Position numbers and translations under genes: made by a program. Of a DNA stretch of 64,000 nt, positions 10,724 through 20,316 are shown piece after piece. The notes under the pieces were generated by a model, which was not told the DNA's origin, made no database searches, and worked only from the letters and a program-made list of their open reading frames with translations. Numbering within the stretch: position 1 is the first letter of the stretch; every line of letters starts with the position of its first letter. This DNA comes from a virus (Duplodnaviria; Caudoviricetes): IMG/VR virus record IMGVR_UViG_3300021964_010723; one strand, written 5' to 3'.

Positions 10724-11883
10724 ATACTAAAACGTTTTGTATATTGCCGTGGATGCATCTTGCAACTAATGCTAGTGGGAATTTACGAGTATGCTGCAAT
10801 TCGCTTCCTGGAAAAAATTTTGTAACAAAAGATAATGGTCAACCTTATAAAATTTATAAAGATAACTTAATTGAAGCATGGAATAGTGATGTTTACACTA
10901 AAATAAGGGAAGAAATGTTAAATGGTATAAGACCTGAAATGTGCACCCGTTGTTTTAGAGAAGAAGATACTGGAATAAAAAGTTCTAGGCAGGCCTGGAA
11001 TGAAAAATGGATGGAAAATAAAATTTACAGTAAGAATCCTGATTTTGAAATTAAATATGTAGATCTAAGATTAGGCAATTTATGTAATTTAAAATGTAGG
11101 ATGTGTAATCCTTATGCAAGTAATCAATGGGTAAAGGAATGGAATTTAGTAGAAGAAGCTCTGTCGCCAAGTGAATATGATAGGTTAAGTAATATGAATT
11201 GGCCTTCTGCAGAAAAAACTTGGATAAATTTATTTGCGATAGCAGAAACAGTTGATGAAATATATCTTACAGGAGGCGAACCTACTATTATTAAAGAACA
11301 GCATAGATTATTAGATTATTTTATTGATAATAATATTTCTCATAAAATCAAATTAAAATATAATACAAATTTAACAAATATTCCTGCAAAGCTTATAGAA
11401 AAATGGAAAAAATTTAAAACAGTCCAATTAAATTGTAGTATTGATGCAGTAGGTGATTTAGATAGATACATACGTTTTCCTAGTAATTGGAATCAAATAC
11501 AAGAGAATTTTAATCAGGTTAGACTGTTAAAAAATGTAAATATAGAAATACATTGTACAGTACAAATGTATAACATTTTGCGATTAGATGAATTTTTAGA
11601 TTGGGCAGGACCTTATAATAATAAAATTTATTTAAACATATTGAATCATCCTGAATATCTTAATATAAGGGTTTTACCTGTAGAGTTAAAATTTATTGTA
11701 GAAAAAAAATTAAAAAAGTATTTACATTTTCCTAAAGTTAAAGGGGTTATTGATTATATGTTAGCTGAAGACTGGGTTGACCAATACAAAAATTTTGTTG
11801 ATTATACGTGTAAAATTGATAAATCAAGAGAGCAAAATTTTGCAAACTTTGTACCTGAATTTCATTTAGAGAAATATGTATAA
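10720..11883 (+). CDS. Radical SAM protein with N-terminal twitch/SPASM-like Cys cluster
   Basis: FCILPWMH..RVCC..CTRC; CNLKCRMC; TGGEP. Confidence 0.9.
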   Translation: MNTKTFCILPWMHLATNASGNLRVCCNSLPGKNFVTKDNGQPYKIYKDNLIEAWNSDVYTKIREEMLNGIRPEMCTRCFREEDTGIKSSRQAWNEKWMENKIYSKNPDFEIKYVDLRLGNLCNLKCRMCNPYASNQWVKEWNLVEEALSPSEYDRLSNMNWPSAEKTWINLFAIAETVDEIYLTGGEPTIIKEQHRLLDYFIDNNISHKIKLKYNTNLTNIPAKLIEKWKKFKTVQLNCSIDAVGDLDRYIRFPSNWNQIQENFNQVRLLKNVNIEIHCTVQMYNILRLDEFLDWAGPYNNKIYLNILNHPEYLNIRVLPVELKFIVEKKLKKYLHFPKVKGVIDYMLAEDWVDQYKNFVDYTCKIDKSREQNFANFVPEFHLEKYV

Positions 11884-13105
11884 TAAAAAAACATATTGTC
11901 CTATGCCTTTTGTGACAATGACTGTGAATCCAGGAAATTACATTTCACGATGTATGATGAGTCATAAATCAATGGGAGAAATACAATCAAAAACTTTGCA
12001 AAATTTAGCGTTTGAAACGCTTAGATCTAATATGCTAAATGGAGTTTGGGATAAAGAAGGTTGTAAAGTTTGTTATAATAGAGAAAATGCAAATTTAGAT
12101 AGTCAAAGGTTAAAATGGTTAAAAAATGAAAAAATATATTTAGATGAAGAAGGTATATATGAAAAAAATATTAATTTAAGCAGAAATAAAATTTATCATT
12201 TATATTTAAATTTTAGTAATATTTGTAATTTTAAATGTAGAATGTGCGGACCGCATTTTAGTAATGCATGGTTAAGTGACCATAGGAAATTGTTAGAGAA
12301 AGGAATATATAAAGAAATTTATAATACATCTTTTATTATTCCACCTAAAAGTCAAGTAGATATAGATAAATTTTTATTAGAATTTGGTAATGATTTACAA
12401 AATTTACGGCAAATTTGGATCACAGGAGGAGAACCGTTTATTGATAATAAATTATTTGATTTCTTTGAAAAGCTAGGAAGTTATGCAGATTTAAAAAATA
12501 TAAAGGTAAGTATAAACACAAATGGTAGCAAGTTAGATGTTAATAAATTGAAAATTTTAAGGAATTTAAAACAAATTGTAATTAATTTTAGTGTAGACGC
12601 TGTAGGTGATTTGTATAAGTACATGCGTGGTTATAATTATGATTTTAAAGAAATTGATAAAAAGATAAACAATTGTTTAAAATTACAGAATGAGCAAAAT
12701 AATTTAAATATTGCTGTAAATGGAACTTATCAATTATATAATATTTTGAATGTAGAAGATTTTTGGCTATGGGGTAAAAAAGTCGCTAATTCTAAAAAAG
12801 GAAATTGGATAGAATATAGAACACTTTCTGGTCCAAATTTTCTTGCTGCTCGTCATGCACCTTTAACAGTAAAAAATAAAGCAGTAAAAATTTTGCAAAA
12901 ACTAATAGATGACGATAAAGATTTTAGTCATAATCATTATTTGCAACAGGCTATTTGTGAATGTAAATTAAATGCTGTACCAGAGTATATAAAAAAATTT
13001 GTTAATTTTAATAACGCACTTGATAATATAAGGAATGAAAAGTTAAATGATTATTGCGAGTTTTTATTAAAAGGCTGGAGTGAAGAAGGTAATTTAGATG
13101 AATAG
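11876..13105 (+). CDS. Radical SAM protein with N-terminal twitch/SPASM-like Cys cluster
   Basis: YCPMPF..SRC..CKVC; CNFKCRMC; TGGEP. Confidence 0.9.
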   Translation: MYNKKTYCPMPFVTMTVNPGNYISRCMMSHKSMGEIQSKTLQNLAFETLRSNMLNGVWDKEGCKVCYNRENANLDSQRLKWLKNEKIYLDEEGIYEKNINLSRNKIYHLYLNFSNICNFKCRMCGPHFSNAWLSDHRKLLEKGIYKEIYNTSFIIPPKSQVDIDKFLLEFGNDLQNLRQIWITGGEPFIDNKLFDFFEKLGSYADLKNIKVSINTNGSKLDVNKLKILRNLKQIVINFSVDAVGDLYKYMRGYNYDFKEIDKKINNCLKLQNEQNNLNIAVNGTYQLYNILNVEDFWLWGKKVANSKKGNWIEYRTLSGPNFLAARHAPLTVKNKAVKILQKLIDDDKDFSHNHYLQQAICECKLNAVPEYIKKFVNFNNALDNIRNEKLNDYCEFLLKGWSEEGNLDE

Positions 13106-14153
13106 GTATTGCGAAGCAGGCAAAAATCATGTATGGATACGGTCTATGGATGCAGGACCAATCGCTCAATTGTGTTGTAGTTTAGACAGGAGTAATATAC
13201 ATAGATATCCATTAGATAAGGTATCTGATTTTTTAACATTGTTAGATTCTGCAGAATGGAAAAAAAAGTATGATGTGCTTGAAAAAGAAAGATTAGACGA
13301 ATGTAGTAATTGCTATAAAGATGATCAACAAAAAAAATATAGTCAAAGAAGAAAAATAAATAGTCTTTGTAGAAATGGCAAGTTTTTTTTAAAAATTGAT
13401 TTTAGTAATAAATGTAATTTAAAATGTTTAATGTGTAGCAGTGCTAGAAGCACATCTTGGATTAAAGATGAATACCAATTAAAAAAAGATTTAGATTGGT
13501 GGACTTGGGGGCCTATAAAGTATTCTACATTGGGAGACGATTGGTGGCATAATTTATCAAACTTGTTTTGGAATAGTGTAGGCACAGTTGAAATTTCAGG
13601 AGGCGAACCGTTATATCAAGAAGATGCAATTGCTTTTTTAGAGTTTTTTGCTCATTCTTATCCAAATATCACAATAAGAATAATAACAAATGCAACTTTG
13701 TTAAATGACAATGTTAAAAAAATTTTTACAAAAATAAAAACATTAGATGTTTTAACAAGTATAGATGCATGGGAAGATGAAATTTATAGATATAGTAGAG
13801 GCGGAGTACATTCGTTAGATAAAATAAAAGAAAATCTTAAAATAATTAATTCTATTGTTACAAGGCATGCTGTTGTAGATACCTTACATCCAGTAAACTA
13901 CGATCAATCTCTTATTGGAAAGCAATGGCTTAGGCAAAATGGTTTAAAAGTTGATTATCATGCTTCGTATGTGTTTTCGCCAGATTTTTTAGATCCAAGA
14001 AAAGTATTACCTGCTAATTTATTGCCCGGAAAAAAAGATTATAAATTAATGAAAAGATTTAAAGAATTTATTTTAGCATTAGATAAAATACGAAATACAA
14101 ATATTTTTGATATAAGACCAGAATTTGAAAAATGGTTTAAGGAGATAGGATGA
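13098..14153 (+). CDS. Radical SAM protein with N-terminal twitch/SPASM-like Cys cluster
   Basis: QLCC..CSNC; CNLKCLMC; SGGEP. Confidence 0.9.
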   Translation: MNRYCEAGKNHVWIRSMDAGPIAQLCCSLDRSNIHRYPLDKVSDFLTLLDSAEWKKKYDVLEKERLDECSNCYKDDQQKKYSQRRKINSLCRNGKFFLKIDFSNKCNLKCLMCSSARSTSWIKDEYQLKKDLDWWTWGPIKYSTLGDDWWHNLSNLFWNSVGTVEISGGEPLYQEDAIAFLEFFAHSYPNITIRIITNATLLNDNVKKIFTKIKTLDVLTSIDAWEDEIYRYSRGGVHSLDKIKENLKIINSIVTRHAVVDTLHPVNYDQSLIGKQWLRQNGLKVDYHASYVFSPDFLDPRKVLPANLLPGKKDYKLMKRFKEFILALDKIRNTNIFDIRPEFEKWFKEIG

Positions 14154-15034
14154 AAATAGGAATTTTTGGAGATAGTTTTGCAGAAAAAGTTAATCCTGTA
14201 TTGTGGATTTGTTCAACCTTAAAGGAAAACAAGTATACAAATTACTTAAGAGAAAAAATAAGGGAAGATACTTATATTTGGCATGATTATTTTGCTGAAC
14301 AGGGGCATACAGTGCATGATTATGGTAGGGGTGGTACCGATATCTATTATTCCTATTATCAGTGGCTGCATAATCATGAAAAATATGATTGTTGCATATT
14401 TCTTGTATCAGGTTTTCGTAGGCTCTCGGTAAGGCACAAGGACTTTAATGCAAAACATGAACAAGATCTTTGGTATTCTGTTGTAAATGTGCAAGATGCG
14501 TTACGCAAATCAAATCCAAATAAAAGTCTATTTAAAGGAAGCAAGAATAAAAAAAATGTCTATTATAATAACTTTGCAAAAGCTGCAATATATTATTATA
14601 AAAGTATTGATGGCTACGATCCTTTTAGGCATATACATTTTTGTGAGTTAATGTTGAAAGAAATACAACAAAAGAGGCCTGATACGTTATTTGTACCAGC
14701 AGTATATAATGATCCTTTAAAAAATTCACCTACTTTAACAGACATTTATTTTATGGAAACAGCAGCAATGGGAGAAGTATATCAGAAAGAGTTAGAAAAC
14801 AATACATGTTTTATTGTTGAAGGTAACGGATTTGCTGATATAAGAGTTGCTCATTTAAGTAAGAAAAATCATGAAATACTAGGAAAAAAGATATATGATA
14901 GTATTATGAATAAGGTAACAAATTTTAAAATAATTATTGAAGATTATATAATGGAATTTTCTCAAGACGAAATAGACAAATGTTGGATTTCGAAACAAGA
15001 ATACAAGAATATAATTGAAAAAAGATATGCATAA
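14150..15034 (+). CDS. SGNH/GDSL-like hydrolase-fold protein
   Basis: IFGDSF at N-terminus, GRGGT block, late H (AHLS). Confidence 0.55.
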   Translation: MKIGIFGDSFAEKVNPVLWICSTLKENKYTNYLREKIREDTYIWHDYFAEQGHTVHDYGRGGTDIYYSYYQWLHNHEKYDCCIFLVSGFRRLSVRHKDFNAKHEQDLWYSVVNVQDALRKSNPNKSLFKGSKNKKNVYYNNFAKAAIYYYKSIDGYDPFRHIHFCELMLKEIQQKRPDTLFVPAVYNDPLKNSPTLTDIYFMETAAMGEVYQKELENNTCFIVEGNGFADIRVAHLSKKNHEILGKKIYDSIMNKVTNFKIIIEDYIMEFSQDEIDKCWISKQEYKNIIEKRYA

Positions 15035-16149
15035 TGAATACAGATTTAAAATATAGTAATTATGATTTTACAAAAATACCTTTTAAAGATTTAGTACAAG
15101 TTGGTCAACGAACTTTATTATATAGAGATATTTTTACAGTATCTTGGTTACTAGGTAGATATTGTAATTATCGTTGCTCATACTGTTGGCCGTATGCTAG
15201 ATCTAATTCAAAAGATCATCGACCTACAAAATTATGTCTATTGACCATAGATGAAATAAAGAGGCAAGCAAGGACTAACGGATTTAATAGTTTCCATTTT
15301 AGCTTGTCAGGAGGTGAGCCGACATTTCATCCTGGATACTTAGATATCTTAAAATATCTGGCAGATGATGTTCCTAACACGAATTATACAAGCATACACA
15401 TGACTAGTAATTGTTCTAGACCATTAGAATGGTTTAAACAATATGTTGAATATGCAAAACCATTTCATAGGGCAAGTATTACAGCGAGTTTACATACAGA
15501 ACATGTATGCACAAAAGATCAAATGCAAGATTTCGCGGATAAATTAATCCTATGTCAAGAAAACGATGTTCAAATTACAATAAATCAAGTTATGGTACCT
15601 GAATGGTTTGACAGAGATTGGGAGAATGCTTTATTTTTCCATGAACAAGGAATAAATGTAACACTAAAACCGCAAAGTGATCCTACTGCTAGTCGTGTTG
15701 TTGATGGGTATACAGATGAACAATTAACAAAATTATGGAATGGGATGCCACAGCGTGCCTATACAGAATCTAAACGTAAATGGGATGATAGACCAAAGCC
15801 GTCTTATGATATCAATCCAGGAATAATGGGTAAAAATGATGCGAGTGTGCCTTGGCATATGCAAGTAGAGTTTACTGATAAAGATGGAAAAAAATGGTAT
15901 ATAGATCAGGCGGAAAGATTTAATGCTTTTAATTTTAATAAATTTAAAGGATGGAGCTGTAATGCAGGATTTCAGGGTATAATTATTAGAGAACCAGATG
16001 GAAGTGTAAAAAGAAGTTATAGCTGTCATGATGTGCCTTTAGGAAATATTGAAACAGGTTTTAATTTGTTTAAAAAACCGGAATTTTGTATAACTGATAG
16101 TTGTGTGTCAAGTGCTGACAGCAAAATTCCAAAAAGGAAAGTTTTATGA
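15034..16149 (+). CDS. Radical SAM protein with C-terminal SPASM/twitch domain
   Basis: CNYRCSYC, SGGEPT, GWSCNAG..DGSV..SC..CITDSC. Confidence 0.9.
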   Translation: MNTDLKYSNYDFTKIPFKDLVQVGQRTLLYRDIFTVSWLLGRYCNYRCSYCWPYARSNSKDHRPTKLCLLTIDEIKRQARTNGFNSFHFSLSGGEPTFHPGYLDILKYLADDVPNTNYTSIHMTSNCSRPLEWFKQYVEYAKPFHRASITASLHTEHVCTKDQMQDFADKLILCQENDVQITINQVMVPEWFDRDWENALFFHEQGINVTLKPQSDPTASRVVDGYTDEQLTKLWNGMPQRAYTESKRKWDDRPKPSYDINPGIMGKNDASVPWHMQVEFTDKDGKKWYIDQAERFNAFNFNKFKGWSCNAGFQGIIIREPDGSVKRSYSCHDVPLGNIETGFNLFKKPEFCITDSCVSSADSKIPKRKVL

Positions 16150-16571
16150 AATTTTACATTACAGGAGTAAGAAGAGGTTTAGGAAAAGCGTTAAGTACTA
16201 AATATGGAAATTGTGGTTCTTTAGAAGAATGTGATATCTTTATTAATTGTAAGCACGATGGATTTCAACAGGTTGAAATGCTGTACAAGGCAGCAGAATT
16301 AGGTAAACGTATTATTAACATTGGATCACACGCAAGCGACTATACATACTTAATGAAATATTCTGTTGAAAAGAAGGCATTACGCGAAGCAAACCATCAT
16401 TTATTCACTACTGGAGTTAATACGACATGTGTAAACTTCGGATATATAGATACTGAAAGTCAAGCACATAAAGATGTTTCTAAAATGAGTGTGGATTACT
16501 GTGTTGGCGTAATAGATTGGGTGCTAAGCCAGCCATATCGGATTAAAGACATTACAGTAACGCCTACGTAA
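16146..16571 (+). CDS. Minimal short-chain dehydrogenase/reductase
   Basis: TGVRRGLG (TGxxxGxG), INIGS, YSVEK (YxxxK); only 141 aa. Confidence 0.75.
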   Translation: MKFYITGVRRGLGKALSTKYGNCGSLEECDIFINCKHDGFQQVEMLYKAAELGKRIINIGSHASDYTYLMKYSVEKKALREANHHLFTTGVNTTCVNFGYIDTESQAHKDVSKMSVDYCVGVIDWVLSQPYRIKDITVTPT

Positions 16572-16598
16572 TGTCTAACTTATGGACAATTTTTACTA

Positions 16599-18425
16599 AT
16601 GAAAAAAAATGTTTTATTATGTACTTTTAGTATTCAATTTCAAGATTGGTTGCCTTATGCTGTAGGGTGCCTTATATCTTACTGCAAAAGAAATGCTAAA
16701 ATAAATGAACAATTTAATTTTTTAGAACCAGAATTTTTACAGAGATCTGTTTTTGATACACAAATGACTAAAAAGTTACAAAAAACAAATATTTTAGGAC
16801 TTACTTGTTATATATGGAACCAAGAAATAAATGATAGGTTAGCAAAAAGATTTAAAAAAATTAATCCAAATGGTTTAGTAGTGTATGGAGGACCACAAAT
16901 ACCAGAAGATAAAGAAGAGGCACAAGAATATTGTAAAGAAAGACAATATGTTGATATATGTTTTGTTGGACCAGCTGAAGAAAATTTCAAACAATTTTTA
17001 CTTAAACTAGATGATCCTATAGATAGTCATGAAGGCACTGTTGGTATAGGATGGAATAATGTAAATGTTGACAGAAAATTGTATAAAGTAAATTATACTC
17101 CTACACCTTATACTGATGGAACGTTAACTAAAATGTTTTTCCTTACAGGAGATAATTATGTCATACCTATGGAAACAAACAGGGGGTGTCCGTATGCTTG
17201 TGCATTTTGTGATTGGGGAAGTGTAATAAAAAGTAAAATAACAAGATTTGATAAAGATGTTATTATGAAAGTTTTTGAACTAGCATTTAAGGGTAACATT
17301 AATAGAATCGAATTTATAGATGCAAATTATGGTGTTTTTCCTGTAGATTTGGATTATGTAAATGAAATGATACGATTGAAATACGAGTATAAAAAAAACG
17401 ATATGAAAGTAACGTTTTGTGGACTTGCTAAAAACGGAAGTAAATACCTTGCTGAAATAATGACAAAAGTACAAAAAGAGTTTGAAGAGAATAATAATAC
17501 TATGAAATTAAGTATACAAACTCATACAAAAGAAGCTTTAGAAGTCGCAAGTAGGCAAAACATCAGTAATGAAAAAATGTTAGAAATTTATAACAATGTA
17601 AAAAAACAAGGATATGAAATTAATAGTGAATTAATTATAGGTATGCCAGGCGAAACAGATGAAACGTGGTTAGATGTTTTACAAAAAGATATCGATAATG
17701 GTTGTAAATTTAACAGATGCTATCCGTTAAGTGTAATGCCTAATACTACATATTATTCAAAAGAATTTAGAAAAAAATATAATGCAAATTTAATAAAAAT
17801 TTTTGCACCAAAAGACCTTTTGAATATGAAATTAACCGATTATCATAAAAATCGACAAAATGCTCGATTTATTAAAACTAATGTTAGCATGACAGATACA
17901 TTACAATGGCGCAGTATGACTATGTTTAATTGGTGTTACAGTTATACGAATGAACAATTAGAAAAAATGTACATGTATTGGTGGTGGTTCAGTACTTTGT
18001 TTAATACAGGATTTGCTAGAAAGTTTATGTTAATTTCTAAAAAATCGATTCGTTATCAAGCTTATGATTTTTTTGATAAAATTGATAAAATGCCGTTATT
18101 TAAATCATTTTTTGATGATCAGCAGTATGCCTTTAAACAAAATTTAAGCACTAAGGAGGAAATTGTATATTTGACTGATCTATTGAGTGTCCAGTATATT
18201 ATTAAAAATCATATGCGGCTTAGAGAAGTAGTTGATATTTATGATAATTTAGATATAGCAGCAAATGAAATTCGTTTAGTTTATAAAGATTTTACGTTAG
18301 ATCATATTGATAATTTTTTAACAAAAAGACATTATTATAAATTATATTCTGCAGACGGAAATATGGAAAAAAAATATGCCAACAGTTTTGTATCAGACAC
18401 CACCGTTGATTTACTTGCGAACTAA
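16599..18425 (+). CDS. B12-binding radical SAM protein
   Basis: LPYAVGCL, VYGGP, ETNRGCPYACAFCDW, IIGMPGET. Confidence 0.9.
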   Translation: MKKNVLLCTFSIQFQDWLPYAVGCLISYCKRNAKINEQFNFLEPEFLQRSVFDTQMTKKLQKTNILGLTCYIWNQEINDRLAKRFKKINPNGLVVYGGPQIPEDKEEAQEYCKERQYVDICFVGPAEENFKQFLLKLDDPIDSHEGTVGIGWNNVNVDRKLYKVNYTPTPYTDGTLTKMFFLTGDNYVIPMETNRGCPYACAFCDWGSVIKSKITRFDKDVIMKVFELAFKGNINRIEFIDANYGVFPVDLDYVNEMIRLKYEYKKNDMKVTFCGLAKNGSKYLAEIMTKVQKEFEENNNTMKLSIQTHTKEALEVASRQNISNEKMLEIYNNVKKQGYEINSELIIGMPGETDETWLDVLQKDIDNGCKFNRCYPLSVMPNTTYYSKEFRKKYNANLIKIFAPKDLLNMKLTDYHKNRQNARFIKTNVSMTDTLQWRSMTMFNWCYSYTNEQLEKMYMYWWWFSTLFNTGFARKFMLISKKSIRYQAYDFFDKIDKMPLFKSFFDDQQYAFKQNLSTKEEIVYLTDLLSVQYIIKNHMRLREVVDIYDNLDIAANEIRLVYKDFTLDHIDNFLTKRHYYKLYSADGNMEKKYANSFVSDTTVDLLAN

Positions 18426-18996
18426 AAAAACAGGAAGTTTTTCTTTAAAATTTTGTATGAGAGAATATGCATATAATAATCAAATCACTATTTTAGATGT
18501 TAAAAGTAAATATACTGATACGCTAGACACGCATAAGTTTATAAGTCATATGCCGGCTAAAGATTTAAGTAAAAGACTTGATGTATGGAATAGTGCTTAC
18601 AAATTTACGTTTGTTCGTAATCCATGGAAAGTAATATATAGTTATTATATTTATATAAAATACACATTACCAATGTATAATTATCAAGTAAAAGAATCTT
18701 ATTGTGTTAATAATTTAAATGACTTTGTGCTAAGTTTGCAAGACATACACGGAACAATAAATTTTAATAGAGAAATTTATACAATTGATAATCAAGTTTG
18801 TGCAAATGTTTTTGATATATCAAGTATTCCTATAGTTATGAAAAAACTATTTATGATAGACAATGTTCCGTGTAAAAATACACAAAAATATAATTTTAAT
18901 ATAAATGAGTTTACATCAAGATTAGATAACTATGTTTATAATGATTATGAATGGGAAATAAATGAGTTTGCTTACACAAAACCTACCTTGGATTGA
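18376..18996 (+). CDS. Sulfotransferase family 2-like protein
   Basis: YLRTKKTGSFS (PKTG-like 5'-PS loop), FTFVRNPW (3'-PB motif). Confidence 0.75.
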   Translation: MPTVLYQTPPLIYLRTKKTGSFSLKFCMREYAYNNQITILDVKSKYTDTLDTHKFISHMPAKDLSKRLDVWNSAYKFTFVRNPWKVIYSYYIYIKYTLPMYNYQVKESYCVNNLNDFVLSLQDIHGTINFNREIYTIDNQVCANVFDISSIPIVMKKLFMIDNVPCKNTQKYNFNINEFTSRLDNYVYNDYEWEINEFAYTKPTLD

Positions 18997-19564
18997 TGTT
19001 GACTATGACATTCCTAATAAAAAAGAATTATTAAGGTTAATCAAAACAGTTGAGTTTGTATTAGCTGACAACAAAGTTGACGAATCGTACGACGGCATTT
19101 ATCGCCGAGCTCATAATCTTACTATTGGTAAACTATGGGATCAGCAAAATATTAATGCTGAAGGCTATGACATGAAGCCATTACCTGATCAAAAACCTTA
19201 TAAAGAACTGCTAGAACTTACTTACGAAACTTCAGTTAAGGTCAAAAAAGATTTAGACTTACCAGAAAAATTACTTTACCATTGTGGGCTATTTATATTT
19301 GTTCCTAAGCAGACTAGAATAGCATATCATGTTGATAGTTTTAGAAACTGCAATGTAAGTATGCCATTAGCAAATGAAGGTTCTTATACTCGTTGGAAAT
19401 TGCCAAATGGTGAAATAGTAGAAACTTTATATGCCCGAACAGCAGTACTAGACACACATACACCGCATTGTGTTGATAATAAATCAGATAACGATCGTTA
19501 TAACTATCAGTTGACATTTCACGCAGATGTATATATTAACGACATACGGAGTTTGTTTAGATGA
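18962..19564 (+). CDS. 2OG-Fe(II) oxygenase, Asp/Asn beta-hydroxylase-like
   Basis: YHVD..DTHTPHCV..RYNYQL. Confidence 0.8.
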   Translation: MSLLTQNLPWIDVDYDIPNKKELLRLIKTVEFVLADNKVDESYDGIYRRAHNLTIGKLWDQQNINAEGYDMKPLPDQKPYKELLELTYETSVKVKKDLDLPEKLLYHCGLFIFVPKQTRIAYHVDSFRNCNVSMPLANEGSYTRWKLPNGEIVETLYARTAVLDTHTPHCVDNKSDNDRYNYQLTFHADVYINDIRSLFR

Positions 19565-19626
19565 ATCCGTGGAATCAAATACACACACTGCCGCAAGTCG
19601 ATGTTTTAATTGAACAAACGAAATAA
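19561..19626 (+). CDS. Candidate 21-aa small ORF MNPWNQIHTLPQVDVLIEQTK
   Basis: ATG overlaps upstream stop as ATGA; fills the only large gap in the array. Confidence 0.35.
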   Translation: MNPWNQIHTLPQVDVLIEQTK

Positions 19627-19656
19627 AAGATAAATGGTTAGAGGAGATTAGTACAT

Positions 19657-20316
19657 ATGAGTATGCTTGAAAGACAGATAAATTATGCTGCTATAGTTAG
19701 CTGCGGCGACTTTCTCGAAACATTATATCCTAAATTCGATTATGAAACTGTTGCCCGTATTGTATTTGAATATGGAGATAAACACGGTTGGTATGAGCGT
19801 GGAAATCACGGAGTTAGTGGATTATCTATAGTTAATAAAGATGGAAATACAATTAGTCCAGCAGTTGATAGTATACGTAGTTATAATAAAGAAAACAACA
19901 CAAATTGGATAGAAACAGACTTTAGACAAAAAACAGAGTTGTATAACGCAGTTGTAGAGCATATACCTTTGTTAAAGGATGCAGAACCTTTTCTATGTCG
20001 TAGCCACTTTATTAAGATGTCTCAGGGTGGAATATTTCCACCGCATCATGATGGCTTAGATGCTATTAGAATTGCAATTCCTATTTGGAATTGTGGAACA
20101 GATGACTTTAAGTGGGGATACGAAGATAGGATCCTTCAAATGAAAGAAGGTCTTTGTTATTATATGAACACATTAAAAAAACATTGGGTTGCTAGTTTTA
20201 CTGACGATTGTTTGTTTTTACTTTTAAATATAGAACCTACCCCAGAAGCATGTTACTGGTTATGGGATACAGCACTAGGAGGATGTAATGCACCGAAGCG
20301 AAGAACTAGGCCTTAG
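19657..20316 (+). CDS. 2OG-Fe(II) oxygenase, Asp/Asn beta-hydroxylase-like
   Basis: AGGAG RBS; GGIFPPHHD..NTLKKHWV. Confidence 0.8.
   Translation: MSMLERQINYAAIVSCGDFLETLYPKFDYETVARIVFEYGDKHGWYERGNHGVSGLSIVNKDGNTISPAVDSIRSYNKENNTNWIETDFRQKTELYNAVVEHIPLLKDAEPFLCRSHFIKMSQGGIFPPHHDGLDAIRIAIPIWNCGTDDFKWGYEDRILQMKEGLCYYMNTLKKHWVASFTDDCLFLLLNIEPTPEACYWLWDTALGGCNAPKRRTRP

Noticed and set aside
16572-16598. Weak inverted repeat tgtc..gaca between the SDR and B12 radical SAM genes
   Set aside because: Only 4-5 bp, no U-tract, and expected by chance.
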